Assembly (NCBI GenBank): GCA_050575255.1
Contig: JBNZDD010013730.1
Location: forward strand, 3,609,538-3,673,537
Direction: 5' to 3'
Source: Harriotta raleighana
Taxonomy: Eukaryota
DNA: 64,000 nt
Part shown: positions 1 to 11,350 of the stretch, one piece after another
How positions within the stretch are numbered: position 1 is the first letter of the stretch
Layout: every line of letters begins with the position of its first letter
Made by a program: the position numbers and the translations under genes
The notes under the pieces: generated by a model
What the model saw: only the letters and a program-made list of their open reading frames with translations
What the model was told of the DNA's origin: nothing
The model's database searches: none

Positions 1-110
1 CCACGATATCAACTCGTCCGGGGGAGCCTGGTGTTTGTGTACTGTATTGAATATACAGTACCTGGAGTTATGGCACTGCCTGGAGCAATCATCATTGTGA
101 GTTACTTCAC
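1..110. CDS. Candidate exon truncated by the window edge, strand ambiguous
   Basis: CpG-containing, higher-GC block. On +, a donor ATT|gtgagt follows position 96, with open frames PRYQLVRGSLVFVYCIEYTVPGVMALPGAIII or HDINSSGGAWCLCTVLNIQYLELWHCLEQSS. On -, an acceptor attttacag| precedes 110, with open frame EVTHNDDCSRQCHNSRYCIFNTVHKHQAPPDELISW. No protein recognised. Confidence 0.3.
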
Positions 111-1099
111 CTGTAAAATACAGCACCATTTCAACAATATCAGAGTATTGACAAGACACATACACCAATTGATTCCTTTTAGTTTCAGATTAAAGTTGGA
201 ACAAAAGTTAAATCTAGCAGCAACTGAATTCATGATCCTTTGCACAGAGAGCTTAGAAAGCTATTCTACCGCCTAATTGGAAGATTTTCTGGTAACTGTG
301 GCAGAAGCCATTTTCCACTCCGCCTTTTTCATGAAGAGAGTTTGATTCTCAATTTTGAGAGTCCATTATTTCATGTTTGGATCAAAAGCACTTTGAGTTG
401 TTGGGATTTAAAGACCTTTTATTTTGAGCTTTGGTGATCCCACACTGAAATGTGAAATTCATCTCAGACAAGTATTCATTTCTATTCAATTTTCTGAATT
501 GTAGCATGTTGACAGCATAATGACCAGTCTTAGAACAATGTGTATAATCTCTATCATCATTGTATAGTATTTTACTGCATATATACTGTAGTCCACATAT
601 ATTCGGCAGCCAAGCTGGTTTCTATGTATGGATTTCAAAGTGAGATGTACAGTTTTTATTATACAATAACATTTAATTATATCCAACAAAATGTGAAATA
701 CCAAAATCCCACAGGACCACGTCTTACCAGTGTTCTAGGATTTTTGTACATCTTTTAAAAGTTAAAATGTTTCAAAATGCATTTTCATTAAAAATCTGCA
801 AGGGTACATTTTCAGTCAGTCTTGTTGCTACTATGTCATTCTTGCCTGAATAATTTTCAAGATTCTCGAAGATGTGAAATTTCTATGAATTTTCAAGCTC
901 CCTAAAACAGGTAAAACACAATTTGCTCTGAGTAGACTCAAAGCCTGCCACAGGACAGTCTTTCATACAGTATTAAATAAATCTAGAGAAAATCCTCTCC
1001 CTTGGGATCTACAATCAACTACCCAGCTGCCCATCAACATATACCAGTCACTGTATGTAATAATGTAGTATGTTTACACCCATGTGCCAATGTGGCTCC

Positions 1100-1700
1100 T
1101 GACCCTTAAGAAAAGTGATTGCATTTGATGGCGTTATGGATGACTTCAGCAATCAAATGATCTGCATCTTGATCTTCCCTTGGGTAATCGGCCTTCCATC
1201 TGTCATTGTTACTCTTGGAAACATCAAATGCAGTCTCACATATGATGCCAAGATGTGGAGGATGCAACAGGCAGCAAAGAATTGCCAGAACTACTTCACT
1301 GATATGGTCCTGTGTGGAACCTACACAATGAAAAAGCATTTTGCCTGTTCCCAATGTGAACTTGAATATGGGCATACAGCTGCTTCATACTCATCAGACA
1401 GCCAGCCATCAGTCACCTCTCTAATTTCAAACCAGGGTCAGATCATGAGAGAATGAAGAAATAATGCCTGGACCCAGGAACATTAGGACACCATGAAAAC
1501 GTTCTGGGTTTGACATTCCATCCACTTGCACATTCCCCAATGCCAGTTTTTCTGGTTCTATTTGGTACACTCACTCAGCAGAGCATGTGGCTGGGGTTGC
1601 CCATATATGGTATGACATGACATGGTATAATGTCAAATGAAAATTGGCTTTCATTTAATGCAGGACGTGGGGCAAGGAGGGCAGTGGAGAGAGTAGCATT
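1100..1700 (-). mobile_element. Degenerate PIF/Harbinger DDE transposase fragment (HARBI1-like family)
   Basis: Minus-strand translations in collinear order: NQKNWH..NVQV (family NRKGFHSLNVQ), PGSRHYFFIL (PGSxHDSFIL), KMLFHC (LKMRFRCL), ILCCLLH (IxACCxLHN). Frameshifted. Confidence 0.7.
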
Positions 1701-1964
1701 CAATTAATGAAAGCAAATGTAGTGAAAGTGAGGGATACTGATCCTGAGTAAGACAATAGCGATCTGACTCAAAACTATTTGCCTTTACTAATGGATACGC
1801 ACGGTGGCCGGCCATTTTGGCTTGCTATGGCTGGACCTCCCACCTCTGCTTTTGGAAAGGATATAGAGAAATGATTTGCACAGGTGCACTCTGAAAATAG
1901 CAGGGCTTGAATCCGCTACCTCTATTGCACCAAAAGAATTATAAAGAAAAATATTAAAGTGATG

Positions 1965-2075
1965 GGACAGGAGCATTGGACTGTAATTAAGGAAGATGGG
2001 CCAAGTTGGGGAAGCTGGGACTAGTACAGACAACATAGGCCAAATGCCCCTTTACAGTGCTAGAAATATTCTATA
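1965..2075 (+). mobile_element. CR1 LINE 3' tail remnant
   Basis: Degenerate gggactag...ggccaaatgccc...gtgct...attctat, resembling the CR1 3' terminal stem-loop and tail. Confidence 0.5.
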
Positions 2076-2214
2076 CCTTTACGATTACCCTTGACTCTAT
2101 TTCCAAACAAAAGTATTGATTAACATTGCAACTTCTAAACTGCCCGATAGGTTCAAAAGTAAAAGCAAACAACAACACCAAAACAACAACAACAAATTAC
2201 ATTTTTAAGTTTCG

Positions 2215-2432
2215 TAAAAAACATCATAGAAACAAAAATAAAAATCGCTGGGTCAGGCAGTGTCAATGGGGAAAGGAAAGTGAGTTAACGTTTTGGGTCC
2301 ACAACCCTGTTGTTCTGATGTGGACCTGAAATGTTGACTCACTTTTCTTTTCTCCATAGACCTGCTGAGTGTTCCCAACGATTTCTGTTTTTCTTTCACG
2401 CTTTCAGCATCTGAGTATTTTGCGTTTTGATC
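2215..2432. mobile_element. Penelope-like inverted-repeat (hairpin) element
   Basis: 2267-2303 is an imperfect reverse complement of 2319-2357. Shares gacctgctgagtgttc...gatttctgttt and its terminus with the copy at 9302-9456. Confidence 0.7.
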
Positions 2433-4849
2433 ATAGAACCAAATGTCTGACTTTCTCTAGGTTTGAATGTAATTATCAGGTTGGAAGAGATGTACTGTAT
2501 TATGTTCTTTATTCAAATTGTAGTAGTATATAAAAGGAAACGGCTTCAAAGATAGCAAAGAATTAATGTTATTCCGTGGTAGTATTTTTGTTGCTAATAA
2601 AAAGATGTTGTTGTTCTAGAAAAAAAAGTCAATTTGGAGGTGGTATATCAGCAGAGCACATATACCAAAAGCATATTTATGGTAGTACAAAGGATCGACT
2701 GAGATAAGAGGCAAAGCTTGAGGGACCTGCATCATTAAGTACTAGTTGTGAAGATTAGTAGGCTGTATAACGGGATTAGTGATAAAGAGTGTGCCCATTT
2801 TGGTTAATTATGCATTAATGCTTGATAAATAAAACATAGATAATTGTACATGCATTTTATTACAAGCTACCATTAGATAAGATTCAAGTTATTTGTAAAA
2901 AAAACAATACTGTAGTTTATTTCTTTAAAATTTAAGAGAACAAATATAACAGTGTTAAGTTTAATGCAATTCTATGTCTTTCATGTGCTTTATATGTTGC
3001 AAGATTCTTACAAAATATTTTCTGGGCACTACCAGAGTTTGACCAAAAGGCCACAATCAATTTTATGGATTAGCATATTCATTGATCTATATTCTATTTA
3101 TCTTTAACGGTATATTAAAATTCTAAAATCTATTTCAATTTTTAAAACAAATTAATTGATGGCATTACCTTTTCCCCCCTTCATAAAAATGCAATTCATA
3201 ATTCCTTTGTTTTATTTAGCATCTTTTGTAATGTTTTGACATCTTCATATTCAGTGATTTCTGGTATAACATTTATTCTTAAAGTATTTTAAAAAAAGTA
3301 ATAATATCAAGTTTTAAGCACTTCACCTGAATTGGGTGGTTAGTAACTGTATATGTTAAATGAAGCAATACATGTATTAGAAAAATGGAAGAAAAACATT
3401 GGCTCTCTGATCTCTTACAGTCCATGCTTAAATCATATTTCTCCAAGCTTCAGTAATAAAAGTTCAAAGAATTATAGTTATAATACAAATTTTAGGGGCT
3501 ACCTAGATGTGGTTTGAAGTTATTTTTATGGGATTTTGCTCTAAGGGAATTGATTTAGTATGAGATGAAAGGGAAAACCTATCTTCGAAGCTTTGTAAGA
3601 AAAAGCTTTGGATCTACTGGTCATTTTGCCAATATGCCTGGAAGGCAATACAGTGTAGACAATGCCATTACATACCAATGCGGAATTTCTTGAACTCTAT
3701 TGACTTTTTAAATGTTTGAAGATTTCAAGATCTAACTATTTAAGACACCAATGATCAGGTGAATAAATAACTGTCAGAAATATTATTAATATTGTAAAAT
3801 GTTTTTGTTGGGCTAAATTACCAATTCCCCAAACTACAAAAAATGCAGGGAAAAAAGCATCTAAGTATAGGAACTTGTTAGAAAGTCAATCAATCACACA
3901 GCTGGGAATCTTGAAGGTAGGTAGTCATTCTTTCACTTAGGAAACAAAATGGATGGGCAAGATTTTTCTACAGCTCTGCTTGGTGAAATGCAACACATTT
4001 CTTAGAAGTAAAAGCCCAACATCATTCCACAGGTCTTTGAATCACTTGTGTCAATTTTGAAACTGGATTTTTCCAATAATGATCATTCATTTTAATGCCT
4101 GACATAAAGTAAGTATACACACATACATTTACACAGAATCAATAATGTATTTTTATTAGTGTCATTTCTCTCCTCCCCCCACCCCTCCCACACCCCCACA
4201 CCCACCAAAAAAATGGAATAAAATATTCTTGCAATTTTCTCTGATTTCCTGCAATGGTTATGATTTTGATGTGTGAAATTTACCTTGCAGCATTAGGGAA
4301 AGTGCTGCAAATAGAATGACCATGCTTTCAATAAATACGTTGCCTTATCTGTACATAAATATTCGTCGGTATGAATTTTCAAAAGCAAACTGCATCAATT
4401 GGCAAACAAAGCGAGTGCACATTTATCAAAGAAAGTTTACTACTATGACAGAGTGGAGTGAGTATACAGCACTGAAATGTTAGACCCGTGACCACAGACA
4501 AAACAATTCATTTGCGTCTTAAACTATTTAAAACAGCTGGTCATGGTAACTAGTGCTATCATTATACTGCACTGATATTTTGGGTGCCCCATGCCAAAGG
4601 GCTTTAATCTATATCGCATTGGTATAGACCAGAAAGAGAGGCCGCCAGAAAGAAGCGTTACTTTCCTTCACTGTATACCAGCTACAATATAACTGTGGGT
4701 GGAAAGATTTATAGGTTAATGATGAATTACTTTGTTCTCTCTGAAGAGCACTGTGCAAGGAGGGGGATTGCAACCCATGTCATAACAGCACCAATTAAAA
4801 AAAGAATTACATGAGTACACGGATACTCAATTTATTGGCTTTGAATAAT

Positions 4850-5430
4850 GGATGCAGTAGTAGCATTGGTTGATGTCTGTGCATCTGGACAGGTAATGTA
4901 TTGAAGCATCTACATGATGTATATTTCGTACATCTCTATGCATGCTACACATAATCTAGACATTCAACACAAATCATCAGAGTAAGTCTGATATCCCCAA
5001 CTGTGTTCCATTGGTTTGCATTTGCTCAAAGTGTCGGCCCGGATGTTTGAAACCAGTCCGCTTTAAGTTTCTGATCTCAATAACCTTCTGTGTTAGAATG
5101 ATGGCTATCCATCTCTATGATCTGTAACCCTTTCGATAGAACTGATGTTATGTAGCTCACTCCATGGGTCACAATGGATTGTGAAGCAGCCACTGGGATG
5201 TTTGAATTGTTCGATATAGCCCATTCAGATCAAAGAGTGATCCTTCACTATACTTCAGTCTTTGATTTGTGGATTTTTATATGTATTTCACTATCTACTA
5301 GATATCATCTTCCAGCATCTGTAATTTTGTCATAAGGGCTTGCCAATCAAATCTATACCTTCCCCCCACACTATCTTAATCCATGTTGGGTCTGTAATGA
5401 CCGGCAATAGTTCTGTCTAGATAAACTATG
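4850..5430 (-). mobile_element. RTE-clade LINE, decayed C-terminal part of the RT domain
   Basis: Minus-strand motifs in order: TQHGLR*C at 5368-5391 (GVRQGC), KIHKSKTEV at 5251-5277 (KINxxKTEV), IEQFKHP at 5195-5217 (VExFKYLG), LQYITCPD near 4885-4910 (ILxIxWPD). Confidence 0.6.
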
Positions 5431-5435
5431 GTTGG

Positions 5436-5976
5436 ATATTAACAAGATCGAGGCCATCCAGAACTCTGCAGCCTGTATCCTCTTCCGCACTAAGCTCTGT
5501 GACCCCAAATCCCACATTCTCATCTGACACCATTGGCTCCCTATCACCCTGAGAATTGAATTCAAGATTCTGGTCCTCGCCTTTAAAGCCCTCCATGGCC
5601 TTGCCCCACCTTACCTCCGTGACCTCCTGAACCCCTCCCAACCTGCCCACTCCCTCCACTCAGTGGGTTCCGGCCTGCTCAATGTCGCACGACCCACCCT
5701 CCCTACCTTGGCGGGTGAGTCTTCAGCCACTCTGCTCCTAACCTCCGGAATTCCATCCCACAATCCCTCCTCCTTACCCCCTCCCTGCCTCCTTCAAGTC
5801 CCGCATCAAGACGCTCCTCTTCGACAGTGCCATCGGTCACCCCCATCCCCTCATTTCGCTCCACCCTCCCCGATACCGACCCCAGCTCAGGTCTGAAACA
5901 CTCACTGTGCACTGTGACTTCCTCCCGACGTGAAAGGCGCCATACAAATGTAATTTTTGTCGTTGTTGCTGTTGTT
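5436..5976 (+). mobile_element. L2-clade LINE 3' end (ORF2 C-terminus plus tail), inserted into the RTE fossil
   Basis: Translates NKIEAIQNSAACILFRTK...HWLPITLRIEFKILVLAFKALHGLAPPYLRDLL, a typical L2 ORF2 C-terminus. Ends gacgtgaaaggcgccatacaaatgtaattttt followed by (GTT)n. Confidence 0.92.
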
Positions 5977-7270
5977 ACCTGCTCACCAGGTAAGTGCTAC
6001 CTCTGCTGGTTAATACCCAAGTATTAGATCTTTCTTACCAAACTTTCCGATCAGAGTTTAGTACAGTCGGCAGTGCTGTCAGCTGGAGTTTCTCCTGGCG
6101 TAGAACTTGCTGCAGATGTCGAATAATTTTGACTTGTGGTCAAGTCAGAAGACAACTGCGGAGAAAGGAAAGTAGGATTTCATGTTTAACATCTTATTAG
6201 AAAGACAGCAGGTCCAATAATAACCATCAATTTATTGCTAAGTAAAAGGCATGTGAGTCAGAAGGATGGTTACTGAAAGAAATTCCCAGGTTCATAAGCA
6301 TATGGGCTTCTTTATAAACATACATCTTTTTAAAAAAAATTCTACATTATCTATAAAATGATACAGTTATCAAACTTTTTATTGGGCGGTCTGTATTCTG
6401 TAGATATCACGATGCTTAAAGTACATACATCTTCAATGATCATGACATTGATTGAATATTCATAAATTTGTAATTTATCTCCTGTTCCTTCAATGTTTCA
6501 CAGCCGGTTCTCTCCTCTCACCTTTGTATTGAAATCTATTAATAATATATTATGCCTGGGAGTATTCTTAAGGTTGTGTAGTAAAACACCTGCTGTGATG
6601 CTTAATTTGTTGGCGCATACTATACACTATTTGCACTATTTACTTTATAAAGGGCTGTGTTGAAACATTTTGCTATTCTTTTACTAATGGCATCCTGTTC
6701 AGGTAAACTTTATGTTGTAGTTAGCTCCAAACAACAAACAGTGCTCCCTCCTGATTCTTTCCATTTTCTGTGCTGCAATGAAGCATCATTGGTTTCTCTG
6801 CAATAGGCAGCCACTCTTCTTTTCCTGAACGATCTAATCCTGTTCGCACTAAGTACACCGAGTTTGTATCTTTCCATTTCCCTGGAACGTTGGATGGATT
6901 TGTTCGTCTGAGACTAAATTCTGATGTTCCCTGTTCAAATGTGTCATGTTGATTCAGCTGTACAAAATGCGTTTGCAGCTGGCTTTTTGAAGTAAGCTTT
7001 CACCCTCAGCTGTCATATCTTCATTCCTGGAGCCGATTATTGTAGGTGTCTCCTGAAAATCTCGTATTGATTTATCTGTAGTTTCCATAGTCCAATTAAA
7101 TTATCAGATGGGTGACTCGCCTGTTGTGGTTCACCACAGCTGCTTTGGTTCGCCACGCTGTATGTTCCTGAGCGAGTCACTTTTCTCCATATCTACCTTC
7201 ATACAGACAAAGACAACCTTGACTGTCCTTTGTTCTGTTAGGTAATCCTGTATTTGCACATTATTCACCT
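5977..7270 (-). mobile_element. RTE-clade LINE, decayed 5' part (AP endonuclease and start of RT)
   Basis: Minus-strand motifs in order: REMERYKLGVL (6851-6883), YAPTN (6605-6619), TPRHNILLIDFNTKVRGEN (GDFNAKVG motif, ~6505-6565), KLFDICSKFY then GETPAD (6078-6130), HLPGEQ (5980-5997; LPEEQAGF). The 5' limit is approximate. Confidence 0.75.
6039..6155 (-). other. Exon-like cassette (117 nt) inside the RTE fossil
   Basis: Acceptor ctttcctttctccgcag| and donor TTG|gtaaga. Frame 0 reads LSSDLTTSQNYSTSAASSTPGETPADSTADCTKL* with TGA 12 nt before the donor. Confidence 0.3.
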
Positions 7271-7469
7271 TCCGCAATGATAAGAGAATTTAACCTTTGG
7301 AAGTATTATAAGACACATCACTGATGCGGAGCTTACATTGCAGCAATTTCTAAACCAATTTTACCAAACACCTCTTTCAAATTAGTAGATGGGAATTATT
7401 TACATAAAAATATTGCATTTACTGACATTTGAAACATATGGTATGGACAACACAATTTACAGTCAACTT

Positions 7470-7785
7470 GTCACAGTTGGTGGCACTCTCGCCTCTGATT
7501 CAGAAGGTTGTGGTGATTTTGAACCAACATAGTCTACCGGAAACTACACCAGTGAAGTTCCGGGGTGTGCTAAATTGATGGAGGTGCCACAGTTCAGATG
7601 ACATGGATGGATTCCTTTCACAGATGTTGGAGCTCTTAACGGAAGTGTAGTTTGCTATCAATCTGGAAAGAGAGGGGAGTTGATCGATGGCATGGTTGAA
7701 GAGGAAAGTCTTTAGCTTTAAGACATACTCTCGATGTGCAATGCGCCATATCAAGTGCAAGGATTTTTCTTATCATCAGTATTCT
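7470..7785 (+). mobile_element. Old tRNA-derived SINE remnant with an antisense L2 fragment inside
   Basis: Head tggcactctcgcctctgattcagaaggttgtgg and tail gcgccatatcaagtgcaagg. Internal 7660-7725 reads LKTFLFNHA (L2 end) on -. Confidence 0.5.
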
Positions 7786-7799
7786 GAGCATATTCACAT

Positions 7800-7870
7800 A
7801 CTACAACGACAACAACAACAGCAAAATGACTTGTATAGTGCCTTTCATGTCAGGAGGACGTCCCAAGGCA
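7800..7870 (-). mobile_element. Solo L2 3' stem-loop tail
   Basis: Reverse complement of gccttgggacgtcctcctgacatgaaaggcactatac...(GTT)n. Confidence 0.85.
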
Positions 7871-8230
7871 GTTAAAAACCTAATAACAGAAAGTAAATTT
7901 CATGCCAATTATAGTCCAAACTTGTACATAAACTGGATTGCACATGAGAAGAGAAAGTTAAAAAAGTTTTAAGAAAGCATTTAACTCTCCCTGAAACTTT
8001 CCCTGTTGCAGCACAAGCCATGATAGTCAGATTAGCGTTACATTGGATATAAGAGGCTCCATTAGCATTAAATTAATGCTATAAGAAAGATGCATTATTC
8101 ATCTACTCTCATTCATGTGCTGCTGTAATGCATTCAATCAACAAACTCCATTAAATCATGTTCATGTTCTTATTTTCATTTAATCTACATCTTCATTATG
8201 ATGACATTGTACCTCAGTTCTGTATTTGCT

Positions 8231-8254
8231 TATATATATATATATATATATATA
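8231..8254. repeat. (TA)n microsatellite
   Basis: Directly visible TA run. Confidence 0.95.
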
Positions 8255-9301
8255 TTGTTCAGTATAGGTTTAAGGGAAGCTATTTGGGGTGGGGCATAGT
8301 GGGGGTTGATATAAAGACCAGAATTTAAGTGATTTGTGGGCACATACTTGGTTGACTTGCTAAATAGTTTGGTAAGTTTATGAATTTTAATGGTGAGTGC
8401 TTCTACCTTTACCAACTGACTGTGAAACTTAACTCTTATAACTTTGTATTTTATTCCGGGTTAAATCTGATGCAAAACGAAGCTGCTTCAATTGCCGTCA
8501 TAGAGCAATGTGGTGCAGGAAGACGATAAATATACTTGCCCATTCCATGTATCCAGAATACAAAAATAGGCATTAGGCTTTTTAATGTTGTTGAGGGACC
8601 AGTTGTGGGACATACAGTACTTTCCACTGATTTTTTTTGTGTGAAAACATGCAAAGTGCCTTCTCGCCTGCATAATCCAAAATACACTTGGTAAACAGTG
8701 CACAACACTAGCGGGAGCACCTTCCATTGTTCTAAATCAGAACTGACACTGTTAACATAGAGAAATGTACATACTATAAACGTCTGCACAACAGATCAAA
8801 ACATAGTGTAGAGCAACAGACTAGAAGAATATATAGCAGCATTATAGAATAGCTTACTACTACTGTTCAACAGCACATGCAGTAGAGAGAAGGACTACAT
8901 GTACTACAGAAAAGTACATCCGCCATAGAAAATGAGAGTTAACCACTGGAGAAACTAAATAGATACACTACCTGCAATACTTTTCATTTGATCATTGTTG
9001 TTCTTTAAGCTCAGTGTTCTCTTAAGTAATTATTCGCTCTCTTTTGTCATTCATCTTTCCACAGTACCAGTAAATAGGAAGCTCATTACTCTCTCTGACT
9101 CATCCAGATTATATCCTTTTACACTTTAACTAACTATTTCCATTCACTTTGGGCAATTTCGTTAATTACAAGGCTCCTAAGGTACTTTCCCAAGATATTG
9201 TTGCAGTGTTTTACCAGAGCCATGAATTTTCCGAAGTTTTTGTTAAACAATGTTTACCAATACTCTACCAAGTCTCTCATGTCCATGATATCTTCTCTTA
9301 T

Positions 9302-9456
9302 ATCAAAAACGTAAAATACTGCAGATGCTGGAAATCTGAAACATAAACAGAATTCAATTTTGATGAAGGGTCGAGGACCTGATACTTTGACTCACTTTTC
9401 CTTTCTCCATAGATGCTGCCTGACCTGCTGAGTGTTCTCAGCGATTTCTGTTTCAT
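9302..9456. mobile_element. Penelope-like element with a degenerate hammerhead core
   Basis: aaaatactgcagatgctggaaatctgaaa...ttgatgaagggtcgaggacctgatac...gatgctgcctgacctgctgagtgttc; homologous to 2215-2432. Confidence 0.75.
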
Positions 9457-9590
9457 ACAAGAACATAAGAACCTAAGAATTAGAGGCAGGAGTAGGCCAT
9501 TCAGCCCTTCGAGCCTGCCCCGCCATTCAATAAGATCTTCTGCCCTAATTCTAATTACCTGCCCTATCCCCATATCCCCTATCTTCCCTT
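9457..9590 (-). mobile_element. CR1 LINE 3' tail
   Basis: gaacataagaa...aggagtaggccattcagcccttcgagcctgccccgccattcaat is the reverse complement of the CR1 tail at 60245-60308. Confidence 0.9.
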
Positions 9591-9914
9591 TTGTTTTGTT
9601 TTAACATGTGAATTCCTTATATTTTCCCCTATAGCCTCAACCAACAACATCAATTTACATTTATACAGTATTTGTTACCGTAAAACAAACTTTTTGAAGG
9701 CCTTTACAAAGTATTGTGTCACCGAATAAAACTGAAATGATCTATAAGAACATATGTCGACTGAGTTGCATCACCAATGTCCCATATACAATGAGAAGCC
9801 TAACTATTTTATCTGATATTGTGGATAAATTTGGATGTGGGGTGCATATACATCAGGATAAACAGAAGAAAAACAGTGGGACTTTTCACCCACAAATACA
9901 CAGTCAATTNTTAC

Positions 9915-10035
9915 TACTTTCCTTCCTCCGACCCCTCCCCCCCCCGCTCTGTTCCCTACTTGACTGTACAGCGCCTTGGGACGTCCTCCTGATGTGAAAG
10001 GCGCTATATAAATGTAATTTTGATTTTTGATTTGA
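9915..10035 (+). mobile_element. L2 3' tail
   Basis: cagcgccttgggacgtcctcctgatgtgaaaggcgctatataaatgtaatttt preceded by a C-rich 3' UTR. Confidence 0.9.
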
Positions 10036-11139
10036 TTAATTCAGATCTTACTGAATTTCATAAATGCATCTCTTAAAATTTAGTTGGTAAGTAACCTGCA
10101 CTCAGTCCTCAACCAATGTTGCTTTCTGCTATTCACCCAGGAACCACATAATGGGATATAAATTGTGAGTTGAGCTAATAACTAACCATTTTCAAACTCA
10201 TACAAATATCCTGAATTATGTAATTAACCACCAATGAAAAGATCACAGGTGATTCTGTAATCCTTTCATTGGTTAATTGCATACTTAAGGATATCTGCAT
10301 GTGCTTAAAAATTGTTAACCCATGGGCTATTAGCCCAACTCACATTTGCAACCCCATTGGCAACTCGAGGCTCAAAGACAATAATTTCTCCTGGAGAGGG
10401 AGTATAGGAATTGACCTTGCATCTAATTGTTGTGTTTGTGCATGTGTTAGTGTTCACAAGTGAGGCACTGCGTTAATCTGATTTGCTATATAATTAAATA
10501 TCTCAGCAGAATCAAACCTTACACTATTCTGCTTCATGTCTATAGTTCTACATACAAGCACGATATCAATCATCATTACCAAAATGAAGCAAGACTAACA
10601 ATGCAAAATATGTACCTACAGCCTTATACTAATAAAGTGAGTATCGCATTTCAAATCATCCTTTGTTATGATGTATAACAGAATACACTGTATAGTTAAT
10701 CTTAAAAGCAGTTTTTAAAAAAAATTCTATCATTAAGGTTTTATCATGTGTGTAATGTATAATAGAGAACGAAAAATCCAGGTTACAGATGTTAGCAATA
10801 TAGTTATTCCAACAGCATCCTACTTAGACTGAGGCTGGAGATTACGAATGTGCACTTTAAATTATTATGGTACACAATTTAGAATGATTTTTCAGGAATA
10901 AAATAATATTTCAATTGGAGCTAAGAAATTCATGTATAATTTGGAAACAACAATTGAGAGTCTGTGCTTTGTTACAGTTTCGCAAAGGTAGCCGCACATG
11001 GTTAAAGGAAATGCTGAACCTTTGGTCCAAAATAACATATGCTTTCTCTGGAAGCAGTGCTCATGTCAATGAAATCCATTTTTCAGTACAGGGGCAAAGG
11101 TCTCTCTAATGACACTTCATTATTACTTGATAGCTAATA

Positions 11140-11350
11140 AATAATAAAGAAATAAGAAGGTAGGAAGGTGAGAAGGCCATTTCCCTCATCTAGAGTGCCT
11201 TGGTTAAAGCCTTTGTTTAGGACCAGAACTGACAACTTTCATCTCCCTTCTGCCTTGGTAGCAACCTGCCTTCCCTGCTTCCTGTTAAATAAGGAATACA
11301 TCAATTTGCTTTATGACTCTTCATGCAAGTCAGCATTAACCATGCTTTAA
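11140..11350 (-). mobile_element. Old CR1 3' tail remnant
   Basis: aagaaataagaaggtaggaaggtgagaaggccatt...ccc resembles a reversed CR1 terminus. Confidence 0.5.

Noticed and set aside
8451-8789. 112-aa - strand ORF with an acceptor-like site near 8748
   Set aside because: No convincing GT donor and no recognisable protein; an A/T run inside looks non-coding.
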